A stretch of 62,043 nt of DNA from a virus (taxonomy: Duplodnaviria; Caudoviricetes): positions 1 to 62,043 of the IMG/VR virus record IMGVR_UViG_3300032322_001602; one strand, given 5' to 3'. Under the pieces are notes generated by a model. The model was not told the DNA's origin and ran no database searches. It saw only the letters and a list, made by a program, of their open reading frames with translations. Positions 29,191 to 36,104 of the stretch are shown one piece after another (the first letter of the stretch is position 1; every line of letters begins with the position of its first letter). Both the position numbers and the translations under genes were made by a program.

Positions 29191-29205
29191 TTAACAGCCT
29201 GTTAA
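29191..29205. promoter_or_regulatory. Palindromic box 4 (TTAACAGCCTGTTAA)
   Basis: Intergenic, immediately upstream of the RBS of 28920-29174. Confidence 0.85.
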
Positions 29206-29221
29206 TCGATGATGATAGCGA

Positions 29222-29647
29222 TCAGGAGTTGCTGATGCGCGTTGCCTTGCCGATGACCTTGACCTTGCGATAGGTCGCCATGTTCTTATACGACCTCTTG
29301 TTCTCGATGGGGCAGGCCGAATACAGGAAGTCCTTGCGCTCGACCTGCAACCGGATGACCCGAAGATGGCGACGATTGCCGAACTGCTCGATGCCGTACC
29401 GCCTCGCGTGCGCACGGGTCTTGAACACGTAGAGTCCCTCTAATGTCTTGTGGAAAGTGCGGCCAGACTGCGGCTCGGTGAGCGACACGCTCGTCAATGC
29501 GCGTGTGCCAAGCTTGAGTGTCTCACCCGCCTTGTAGCGCTTGGGGTAGATGGGAGCCCACCACGAACCAGTGTGCTTGATCTTCACGACCTTGTAGACG
29601 AAACGATTGCGCCACGGCTTGGCCAGACGGTCGATTACGAAACACAT
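29222..29647 (-). CDS. Basic hypothetical early protein
   Basis: MCFVID start with GGGAGG RBS. Confidence 0.65.
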   Translation of the reverse strand: MCFVIDRLAKPWRNRFVYKVVKIKHTGSWWAPIYPKRYKAGETLKLGTRALTSVSLTEPQSGRTFHKTLEGLYVFKTRAHARRYGIEQFGNRRHLRVIRLQVERKDFLYSACPIENKRSYKNMATYRKVKVIGKATRISNS

Positions 29648-29648
29648 G

Positions 29649-30065
29649 TTACACCTCCCGCTTTTGCAGCTCGATGACCCACCAATCGCATCCATCCTGC
29701 GCGACCTTCGCATACTCGATCGCGTCCTCGGGCGAAGCGAATGGCCCAACATGGTGGAAGCCGTCCGCAGGCGTACCAGCGATGACGATCCAGCTTCCGC
29801 TCTGCTCAGTCGCAGGCTGAGGCTTGAGTCCGCCACCTTCCAGCAACTGAAGGCGGGAGAAGACTTCAGTGAGTTCCCCGACAGTACGTGTGCGGAACTG
29901 CTCCTGATCGACGAGCCTGCTGTTGAACGCCTTGTGCTGGCGTGTTGAAGCCTGCGCCGCCTTGCGCAGGTTCGCGACTTCGTCTTCCAGCACATGGATT
30001 GCCCGCCACAAATTGTCGAACTTGGCTTCCAGTGTTCTCTTGGTTAAGAGACTCATGTAGTTCAC
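29649..30065 (-). CDS. Hypothetical early protein
   Basis: Coiled-coil plus GTPADGFHHVGPF C-terminal motif. Confidence 0.65.
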   Translation of the reverse strand: MNYMSLLTKRTLEAKFDNLWRAIHVLEDEVANLRKAAQASTRQHKAFNSRLVDQEQFRTRTVGELTEVFSRLQLLEGGGLKPQPATEQSGSWIVIAGTPADGFHHVGPFASPEDAIEYAKVAQDGCDWWVIELQKREV

Positions 30066-30532
30066 CCCTTGTTGAGCGAGTTGATGAACCGCAGCAGGGC
30101 CTCGGGCGTGCCAGTTACGGCCAGCGCCTCAGCCTTCGCGATGACGGCCTGCACCTGTTTCTCGATCGAGCGAGGCACGTTGATCGTGAACTTGTCCTCC
30201 CACCGCTTGGTCTTGGGCAGGATGTAGGAGACGATGTCCACATACGACGAGCGAGAGTCGTCGTACTCGATCTCGAACACTCTGACGAGATCCTCGAACG
30301 CCTTGTTGGGCTTGACCTTCAGGATCAGGTAGTCGCGCTCCAGATAGAGCTTGTCGGTGTAGTCCAGTGGATTGGCTGAGACTGCCGCCCGGATGTTCTT
30401 GAGGGCCGTGTTGCGCTCAGCCACCAGTCGCTCTCTGGCTGCGTCGTTCATCTTGCGAAGATGCGCCTCAGTAGCCACGGTCAGCATGGCGAGCTGCCGA
30501 TTGGTGAGGGGCTTGGGGTTCTTGGTGTTCAT
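30062..30532 (-). CDS. Hypothetical early protein
   Basis: 156-aa ORF, AAGGA RBS just downstream of box 5. Confidence 0.7.
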   Translation of the reverse strand: MNTKNPKPLTNRQLAMLTVATEAHLRKMNDAARERLVAERNTALKNIRAAVSANPLDYTDKLYLERDYLILKVKPNKAFEDLVRVFEIEYDDSRSSYVDIVSYILPKTKRWEDKFTINVPRSIEKQVQAVIAKAEALAVTGTPEALLRFINSLNKG

Positions 30533-30550
30533 GGTCGTGTGTCCTTTGGC

Positions 30551-30565
30551 TTAACAGCCTGTTAA
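30551..30565. promoter_or_regulatory. Palindromic box 5
   Basis: TTAACAGCCTGTTAA; supplies the TAA stop of 30562-30783 and precedes the next RBS. Confidence 0.85.
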
Positions 30566-30783
30566 TGCTTCGTGTTGGAAACGTCCGCGCCCAGCAGCGC
30601 GGCATCGATGATAGCGATCACCTTCAGGCAGAGTTCGAGGTTGGCCTCCTTGTTGACGTCAGGGTTGGCGCTCTTGCAGCGGTTGTAGGTCAGGATCCAC
30701 TGCCAGCGCATGAATTCGTAGCTGCTCCGCGCCGCACGCACATCCGTGTCGGGCTGCAAATCGAGATCGGCGCATCCGTCCAT
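30562..30783 (-). CDS. Hypothetical early protein
   Basis: 73-aa ORF, AAGGAG RBS. Confidence 0.6.
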   Translation of the reverse strand: MDGCADLDLQPDTDVRAARSSYEFMRWQWILTYNRCKSANPDVNKEANLELCLKVIAIIDAALLGADVSNTKH

Positions 30784-30788
30784 TGCCG

Positions 30789-31124
30789 TTACTCCTTGGG
30801 TATGAGAAGTTGCTTTTGCAGGTTGTACTCCCGCAGCAGTGCCGCGTCGCGTTGCTGCTCCATGCTGGCCAGCGTGGTCTCCAGCCTGTCGATCACGCCA
30901 GCGTGTTCCGCCAGCGCGGCTTGCTGCTGGCGCACCTGCTCGCGCAGAGTCTGCACGTTGTCACTGATGGGATTGCCTAGCTTGTCTACTTGAGTGGCAA
31001 GATAATCCTCGTAGGTCACGAACGTCCCGTTGGGCACCTCGACGCAGCCATCCTGATACTCACCGGGCTCGTCGGCATCGCGGGGATGCTCGTACACCTT
31101 CCAGCGTTTCACCTGCTCGGTCAT
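30789..31124 (-). CDS. Hypothetical coiled-coil early protein
   Basis: MTEQVKRW start, GAGGAGG RBS; GTFVTYEDY motif. Confidence 0.65.
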   Translation of the reverse strand: MTEQVKRWKVYEHPRDADEPGEYQDGCVEVPNGTFVTYEDYLATQVDKLGNPISDNVQTLREQVRQQQAALAEHAGVIDRLETTLASMEQQRDAALLREYNLQKQLLIPKE

Positions 31125-31645
31125 GGGATTCCCTCCTCCTCTGGGCAACGGCTGTCCCGCTCAGCCAGTGCCTGCTGGTACAGCGCCGCGTCGCTGGGTG
31201 TCAGGGTGCAGGCGTTGGTCATCTGCCAGCAGTTCTCGTAGGCCACGATGCGCTGCTCTAGGACGGCACAGGAAGGGCGTGGCAGGTCGCGCAGTCCGGG
31301 CAGGAAGAACAGCAGGAGCAAGAGCAGGAACGCCGCGAGGAGCAGCAGCGGGCCTACAGCGCTGACGTTCCCTCCCTGCCGCTTGCGGTAGTGCCGCAGC
31401 AGGGTCGAACCCGCTGGCTCCTTCATTCGCACGGCATGCTCGATGCCCATGTAGTCGGTCACTTCGTCCACGAAGTCGAAGCTCTCCACTCCATTGCTGA
31501 GCATGGCTTCGTCGGTCTTGCTCTGGGCTTCCTTGGCGGTTCGGGCCATCACGTAGTGGTCGTAGAAGCAGGTACGGGCTACACGGACTGCCACGGTATA
31601 GACTGCCCACGAGGTGCGCTTGGTCGGCTTAGTGCCCATCGTCAT
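31121..31645 (-). CDS. Hypothetical membrane protein
   Basis: Central Leu-rich transmembrane stretch. Confidence 0.55.
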   Translation of the reverse strand: MTMGTKPTKRTSWAVYTVAVRVARTCFYDHYVMARTAKEAQSKTDEAMLSNGVESFDFVDEVTDYMGIEHAVRMKEPAGSTLLRHYRKRQGGNVSAVGPLLLLAAFLLLLLLFFLPGLRDLPRPSCAVLEQRIVAYENCWQMTNACTLTPSDAALYQQALAERDSRCPEEEGIP

Positions 31646-31806
31646 TCTCCCTTGGTGTGTGGAATCTTGAACTTGCCCTGATCGTCGGTCCAGAGGTCGG
31701 GACGCTTCGACCAGTGCTTCTTGTGAGCGTGCTTGGCATGCTGGTCCATGCGTATTGCACGTTTCAGGGCCTTCGGGCTGGGGATGGTGCGATCGCGGTG
31801 CTTCAT
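31642..31806 (-). CDS. Small basic His/Lys-rich protein
   Basis: MKHRDR start with AGGAG RBS. Confidence 0.55.
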   Translation of the reverse strand: MKHRDRTIPSPKALKRAIRMDQHAKHAHKKHWSKRPDLWTDDQGKFKIPHTKGE

Positions 31807-31877
31807 CGTCGTTCTCCTGAAGGCGGACAGTTGAAACCCACTCGGGGCCTTCGGGCCGAAGGGGTTTTGGGGAGCGG

Positions 31878-31892
31878 TTAACAGCCTGTTCA
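31878..31892. promoter_or_regulatory. Palindromic box 6 (one mismatch)
   Basis: TTAACAGCCTGTTCA, adjacent to the dyad element. Confidence 0.7.
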
Positions 31893-31898
31893 GATAAA

Positions 31899-32203
31899 GT
31901 CCGGGTAATTGTCTGTCCAATTACCGTATGTTTTGGATTTTCCGGCCAATTAATTTGCGTGCAGAATCAAGGACTTAACCTGAAATGTCTTAATGTCCAG
32001 TTGTTTCAAACGAGAGAGCGCGTAGCAGTTTAGTGATTTTGGCTCTAGGCCCTCCAGCTCGGCTCACGCAAATTCTCCCGTGGGGGCCTCGTTTAAAACA
32101 ACTGGACATTTAGACATTTCTTTATATATATATGATTCTATTGGCTTATTAATTGGCCGACCCCCCCTCAAAAAGCTGGACAAGATGCGGCAGAAAGCCG
32201 GAC
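31899..32203. repeat. Nested inverted-repeat AT-rich element, candidate replication origin
   Basis: 33-bp arms 31982-32014/32088-32120 (2 mismatches) plus 12-, 7- and 6-bp arms, all symmetric about 32051. Confidence 0.8.
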
Positions 32204-32318
32204 AGTTCTCGCAAATGGGGTGCATCCGTGCCCAAAATGATAGTGACCCCCCGGGCCGGCGGCCCATCGGCCCGAAACGCCGCATGCGTTGTGCAACGCT
32301 AGGTTTGAAACCTTGCAT
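32064..32318 (-). CDS. Possible small protein (doubtful; runs into the inverted-repeat element)
   Basis: GGGAGG RBS and box 7 upstream of the ATG at 32318. Confidence 0.3.
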   Translation of the reverse strand: MQGFKPSVAQRMRRFGPMGRRPGGSLSFWARMHPICENCPAFCRILSSFLRGGRPINKPIESYIYKEMSKCPVVLNEAPTGEFA

Positions 32319-32332
32319 TGTGGAACCTCCCA

Positions 32333-32347
32333 TTAACAGCCTGTTAA
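32333..32347. promoter_or_regulatory. Palindromic box 7
   Basis: TTAACAGCCTGTTAA directly upstream of a GGGAGG RBS on the minus strand. Confidence 0.85.
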
Positions 32348-32391
32348 CCCTTGGTGTGCCACAAATCAGCGGGCTCGCCCGTTCTGCGGGC

Positions 32392-32428
32392 AAAAAAGGG
32401 GCGCTGCCGGGATAACCCCGGCAGCGCC
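32392..32428 (-). terminator. Rho-independent terminator after the first early gene
   Basis: 12-bp stem GGCGCTGCCGGG/CCCGGCAGCGCC followed by T6 on the minus strand. Confidence 0.85.
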
Positions 32429-32444
32429 AATCGACTGGGGAACT

Positions 32445-33062
32445 TCAGCCGAAGAGCTTCTTCGCCTTCGCCGCGTCACGGTACTCGATCAGGTCATCCG
32501 GCAGGCCGATGTGCAGGTAATCGGCCACGGCCACGAGTGCGGCCTTCGCGTTGCCGTCCATCGGCTTGAACTTGGTCATGCCGATCAGAGCCTTCAGATG
32601 CGCTGCCGCCGACTTCTTGTAGTCGGGCTTCTTTTCGACAGTGAACGCCGCGACCGCATCGGCCACAGACTCGCCGCCATCCAGCGACTTCTGAAGTTGC
32701 GTGCAGAACTTCTTGAGTTTGTCGATGTTGGCCGCGACAAGGGCAAACGGCTTCGCTTCCAGCGCCACGATGACGGGGGCGCAGCGCGCCAACTTCTTGG
32801 CAGCCGACACGAGCGCCGGGATCGAATCCTTGGCAATCGTCGGTCGCTTCGCGTACATCGCCTCACACGCATCGGCAACCCGCTGGGCTTCGGCTTTGTC
32901 GAGGAGCCGGCCCTTCAGAGCCTTTGTGCCGACGTCTTCCAAGATCGCTTCGCGGAACGTCATCACGAGTCCGCCGCGATCTGTCGCCTGCACGATGCTG
33001 GCCGCGAGATGGTTCACCACAGCATCGGTTAACAGGCTGTTAACTTTCGCATTCGCCTTCAT
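32445..33062 (-). CDS. First early gene; Ala/Lys-rich helical protein (205 aa), monocistronic
   Basis: MKANAK start with GGAG RBS; own terminator; start bracketed by boxes 8 and 9. Confidence 0.75.
   Translation of the reverse strand: MKANAKVNSLLTDAVVNHLAASIVQATDRGGLVMTFREAILEDVGTKALKGRLLDKAEAQRVADACEAMYAKRPTIAKDSIPALVSAAKKLARCAPVIVALEAKPFALVAANIDKLKKFCTQLQKSLDGGESVADAVAAFTVEKKPDYKKSAAAHLKALIGMTKFKPMDGNAKAALVAVADYLHIGLPDDLIEYRDAAKAKKLFG
33029..33043. promoter_or_regulatory. Palindromic box 8 (intragenic)
   Basis: gTTAACAGGCTGTTAAc within codons 7-12 of 32445-33062; encodes VNSLLT. Confidence 0.8.
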
Positions 33063-33129
33063 TGCATGTACTCCACTGCACGGCCGGGATGGCCGCTCAC
33101 TAAGCCCTTCGCGGGAGAGGGGCATTCGC

Positions 33130-33144
33130 TTAACAGGCTGTTAA
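33130..33144. promoter_or_regulatory. Palindromic box 9
   Basis: gcTTAACAGGCTGTTAAgc upstream of the first early gene. Confidence 0.85.
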
Positions 33145-33275
33145 GCCCGGCGCGAAGCGGAGAAAGGACACCGGGGTACCGGACCAAGGCCCCCCCACCC
33201 GTACGCCCCTGCTTGGGTACTTCGGCCCCACATCCCGAAAAAAATTAAAACAACACATAAAAGGCCCATCACCTA

Positions 33276-33304
33276 TTGACACCCACAGTTGACCCATCTA
33301 GGAT
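33276..33304 (+). promoter_or_regulatory. Sigma70-type rightward promoter with an A-rich UP-like tract
   Basis: TTGACA-N17-TAGGAT; A-rich 33238-33262. Confidence 0.75.
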
Positions 33305-33312
33305 TCGCTCAC

Positions 33313-33558
33313 ATGACCGACCAAGACGAGACGATCGCCACTACGATGGTCCTGCTGCACGGCAACCCTCCAGCAGGATTGCGCTGGCGGCCCGGCGGCT
33401 TCGAAAAGAGATCGCACGATGCTCGTCAGTACTGCAAGGCTCTGCAGGAATTGATCATTGAAGTGATTCCGGGGATCAAGGGCCAGAGAGCAGGGATTCA
33501 TCGCAACCGAGTGCTACGAATACTTTTCACCCGTCTCGATAGAAAGCAGGTGCCATGA
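33313..33558 (+). CDS. Hypothetical protein, probably leaderless
   Basis: ATG 8 nt after the -10 element, no RBS. Confidence 0.5.
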   Translation: MTDQDETIATTMVLLHGNPPAGLRWRPGGFEKRSHDARQYCKALQELIIEVIPGIKGQRAGIHRNRVLRILFTRLDRKQVP

Positions 33559-33559
33559 A

Positions 33560-33826
33560 ATGAGCGAGTTGCAGATGACATCCTTCAAGGCCGAAAGTCA
33601 GCCTGAAGACGATGATGAAGAATTCGTACCGCCGCCACGCCAGCGGCGCAACCCGCTGACATATCTGTGGCACCTGATCCGCTGCAAGGTCTTTGGTCGC
33701 CATAACAATCACGTTGCTGTCGGCGATTCCGGCGGGATGCTGCTCATCCGGCTGTTCTGCACGGACTGCGACAAGAGTCTGCGCATCATGGTGATGTTCC
33801 CGCCCAACAAGGAGAGAATGCATTGA
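33560..33826 (+). CDS. Small Zn-binding hypothetical protein
   Basis: CKVFGRH..CTDC. Confidence 0.6.
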   Translation: MSELQMTSFKAESQPEDDDEEFVPPPRQRRNPLTYLWHLIRCKVFGRHNNHVAVGDSGGMLLIRLFCTDCDKSLRIMVMFPPNKERMH

Positions 33827-34059
33827 ACGCGAAGCTCTGCAAGCATTTGCGGCGGATGGCACGTTCGGTCCAGAAGGACTGCTTCGATGCCGAGGGAGTG
33901 CCGATCGTATTCCGGAAATTGCTGGTGGACCCGCGTCACGAGCGTCGCCTGAAGACAACTGGTCAAGCCAAGGGCTGTTCAGCAGTGAACGACCCTAATA
34001 CCTTTCGAGGGATTCATCGCTCACTGAAAAGGAAGTACCGTGACGGCCTCCCAATCTGA
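33823..34059 (+). CDS. Basic hypothetical protein
   Basis: MNAKLCKHLRR..RGIHRSLK; AGGAG RBS. Confidence 0.6.
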   Translation: MNAKLCKHLRRMARSVQKDCFDAEGVPIVFRKLLVDPRHERRLKTTGQAKGCSAVNDPNTFRGIHRSLKRKYRDGLPI

Positions 34060-34279
34060 CACTGCTACTCAGGTGATGGAAGCGGCGCGGAAACCCAACG
34101 TAGTTCCGCCCTTCGCGCTCAGCGAGATCGAACTCATCGAAATCGAGGCGTTTGCGCGTGGCTCAGGACTCGACCAGATCGCTCGTATGGCCTCTGAGCT
34201 GCGGGCGTTGCGGGCCGGCTATATGGAACTCAGCAAGCGCGTTGCCGTGCTGCAGGAATTCAACAAGAGGCATCTCTAG
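34040..34279 (+). CDS. Hypothetical protein
   Basis: RMASELRALR coiled-coil; overlaps the upstream gene. Confidence 0.55.
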   Translation: MTASQSDTATQVMEAARKPNVVPPFALSEIELIEIEAFARGSGLDQIARMASELRALRAGYMELSKRVAVLQEFNKRHL

Positions 34280-34459
34280 ATGGTTGAAATTCTCTACCCG
34301 CACGACCCTGACGTTGCGCCGTTCTGGGGGCGTCCAGATGAGCCGGACAACCGCAGCCGGCACCTCTGGTACCTGACACGCGCCTACTGGGAACTGCCGG
34401 TAGAGCAGCGCCGTCATGCAGTACAAAGCGACAAACAGCACTCGGGGACGCAACCATGA
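34280..34459 (+). CDS. 59-aa hypothetical protein, not in the ORF track
   Basis: MVEILYPHDPDVAPFWG...; abuts the upstream TAG and overlaps the downstream ATG (ATGA). Confidence 0.55.
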   Translation: MVEILYPHDPDVAPFWGRPDEPDNRSRHLWYLTRAYWELPVEQRRHAVQSDKQHSGTQP

Positions 34460-34770
34460 CTCATCCTGCACTGGCCCCTATCTACGAGATTCGGCAGACC
34501 ACTCCGAATTCGGTTGACGGCAAGTGGCGGCGGCTGATAACCCACCTCGAAATCCGCCGGGCGCAGAACGGCTTCGTCCTCATGGGGTTCAACGCCGCGC
34601 CATCACCCAACTTCCCCGATAACGACAGTCGTGTTTGCTTCGTTTGTGAGTCAGTAGAGTCGCTCTGCAACACGGTCGCGGCTCTGGCGTCCGACACTGG
34701 TGACTTTGCATGGGGTAGCTGTGTCGATCTGCCGATCACCAATATCTTCAAGGAAAATAGGAGCCTTTGA
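34456..34770 (+). CDS. Hypothetical protein
   Basis: LEIRRAQNGFVL motif. Confidence 0.6.
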   Translation: MTHPALAPIYEIRQTTPNSVDGKWRRLITHLEIRRAQNGFVLMGFNAAPSPNFPDNDSRVCFVCESVESLCNTVAALASDTGDFAWGSCVDLPITNIFKENRSL

Positions 34771-34949
34771 TGCCGCGCCGCTCACTCAACGGCATGCGGA
34801 TGCATGTCATCATCACCAAGCATCAGGACCGGGACCTGCGTGACCTCTCGAAACGCACCGGGCTGACCGCCGCCGAGCATATCCGCCGGGCCATCGATGG
34901 CTACTTGCTCGCGGCCTACAACTCCGGCAAACTCGAATTGAAGCGGTAG
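34770..34949 (+). CDS. Ribbon-helix-helix (CopG/Arc-like) DNA-binding protein
   Basis: RMHVII-TKHQDRDLRDLSKRTGLTAAEHIRRAIDGYL. Confidence 0.8.
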   Translation: MPRRSLNGMRMHVIITKHQDRDLRDLSKRTGLTAAEHIRRAIDGYLLAAYNSGKLELKR

Positions 34950-34971
34950 TCAACCCGCAAAGGAGACCCTC

Positions 34972-35697
34972 ATGAACGACGGAAATCCCAAGTGGACTCC
35001 CAAATCCACCAAGGTCGGCATCGCCATCGTGGCGCTGCTCGCAGTTCTCATCTCTCTCGCATTCTGCACTGCTGCGAAAGCGCAGGTGGCCTGTCCAGCC
35101 GGAGCGGTTTGTGAGATCACAACCGTCACATGGACGGCACCGACGAGCAACACCGATGGCTCCCCCATTCTCGCCACTGGTCCTTCCGCTCTCGTCGGCT
35201 TCCGTGTCGAGTGGGGCACCTGCGGGGCTGGCAACACCTTCAATCCGCCCACTGCAGGCGTTCTGATCGACTTCGCAACGCCGGGGCCGACGGTTCGCAG
35301 CTTTCAGGTGAACCAGCCCAAGCCATCGACGTGGTGCTTCCGGCTTAACGCCAGCAATGCTACGAATGCTTCGGCATGGACGACTCCCGTCAGCAAGACC
35401 ACACTGGCTCCGCCGCCGCCGGTTCCGAATCCGCCGCCGTCGTTCCAGATCACGCAGGTGGTTCCGGGCGTCAACGTGTCGCCGATCTTCAAGGTCCTGC
35501 CTAGTGGTGCGCGGAGTTCGGCTATCTCCGGCTTCGTGGAAGTCGGTACGCCGTGTGATCCAACTCCGGTATTCACCTACCGGGGCCAGACGTACCACCG
35601 GATCGACCCGGCATACGTTGACAATGCGCTCTACGTTCACTGGTGGGCGTCGGAACCGTCGCTCGACGGTTGCGCTGCCTGCGCCAGTAGCGCGTAA
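34972..35697 (+). CDS. Exported protein with a fibronectin type III-like domain
   Basis: Hydrophobic signal ending AKA|Q; VTWTAPTSNTDGS..GFRVEWG..WCFRLNA..SAWT; poly-Pro linker; AAGGAG RBS. Confidence 0.7.
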   Translation: MNDGNPKWTPKSTKVGIAIVALLAVLISLAFCTAAKAQVACPAGAVCEITTVTWTAPTSNTDGSPILATGPSALVGFRVEWGTCGAGNTFNPPTAGVLIDFATPGPTVRSFQVNQPKPSTWCFRLNASNATNASAWTTPVSKTTLAPPPPVPNPPPSFQITQVVPGVNVSPIFKVLPSGARSSAISGFVEVGTPCDPTPVFTYRGQTYHRIDPAYVDNALYVHWWASEPSLDGCAACASSA

Positions 35698-35700
35698 GCG

Positions 35701-35732
35701 AAAAAAAGCCCCGGCGGGTTAAGGCCGGGGCT
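35701..35732 (-). terminator. Intrinsic terminator oriented for minus-strand transcription
   Basis: Stem AGCCCCGGC/GCCGGGGCT with an A-run on its left only. Confidence 0.65.
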
Positions 35733-35754
35733 AAGTGGTGAGGGGGGCTCACCA

Positions 35755-35958
35755 ATGGACACACAAGACAGTAGAGAGCATACCATGAAGCGGGTTTCAG
35801 GCAATAGGACGATTCCCGACGAGAAGATCTACGGGTTCGTGCTGCTCGATCTGCGTCAGAACAGGGGCACACCCGATGCACCCGTGACGGATCGAGTTCT
35901 TGGATGGGTGTGGGGGACCGTACTGAGGGGGATCACATGGAAGACGAAGAGCAGCTGA
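35755..35958 (+). CDS. Hypothetical protein (doubtful)
   Basis: Short ORF with a purine-rich upstream sequence. Confidence 0.35.
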   Translation: MDTQDSREHTMKRVSGNRTIPDEKIYGFVLLDLRQNRGTPDAPVTDRVLGWVWGTVLRGITWKTKSS

Positions 35959-36104
35959 AGGCCAAGATCCTCGACATGTTCGGGCGAGTCAATCCTCAGC
36001 ACAAGCAGGTGGTGCTGGAGAAGCTGCAGCAGCAGCCCGACAACGAGAGACGGGTCAATTACCTGACCGGCTGGCTGAAGATGGACGCGAAACTCAAGTG
36101 CTGA
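35937..36104 (+). CDS. Small helical hypothetical protein
   Basis: MEDEEQLK start, GAGG RBS, overlaps the first glycosyltransferase gene. Confidence 0.6.
   Translation: MEDEEQLKAKILDMFGRVNPQHKQVVLEKLQQQPDNERRVNYLTGWLKMDAKLKC

Noticed and set aside
31834-31868. Hairpin with a TTCG loop as a terminator or ncRNA
   Set aside because: The stem is irregular and the orientation ambiguous; support is insufficient.
21191-33144. Palindromes as CRISPR repeats, LexA boxes, parS sites or N4-type hairpin promoters
   Set aside because: Spacing is irregular and kb-scale; the half-site order is the reverse of CTGT-N8-ACAG; no match to the parS consensus and no ParB; loops are GGC/GCC and no RNA polymerase motifs were recognised.
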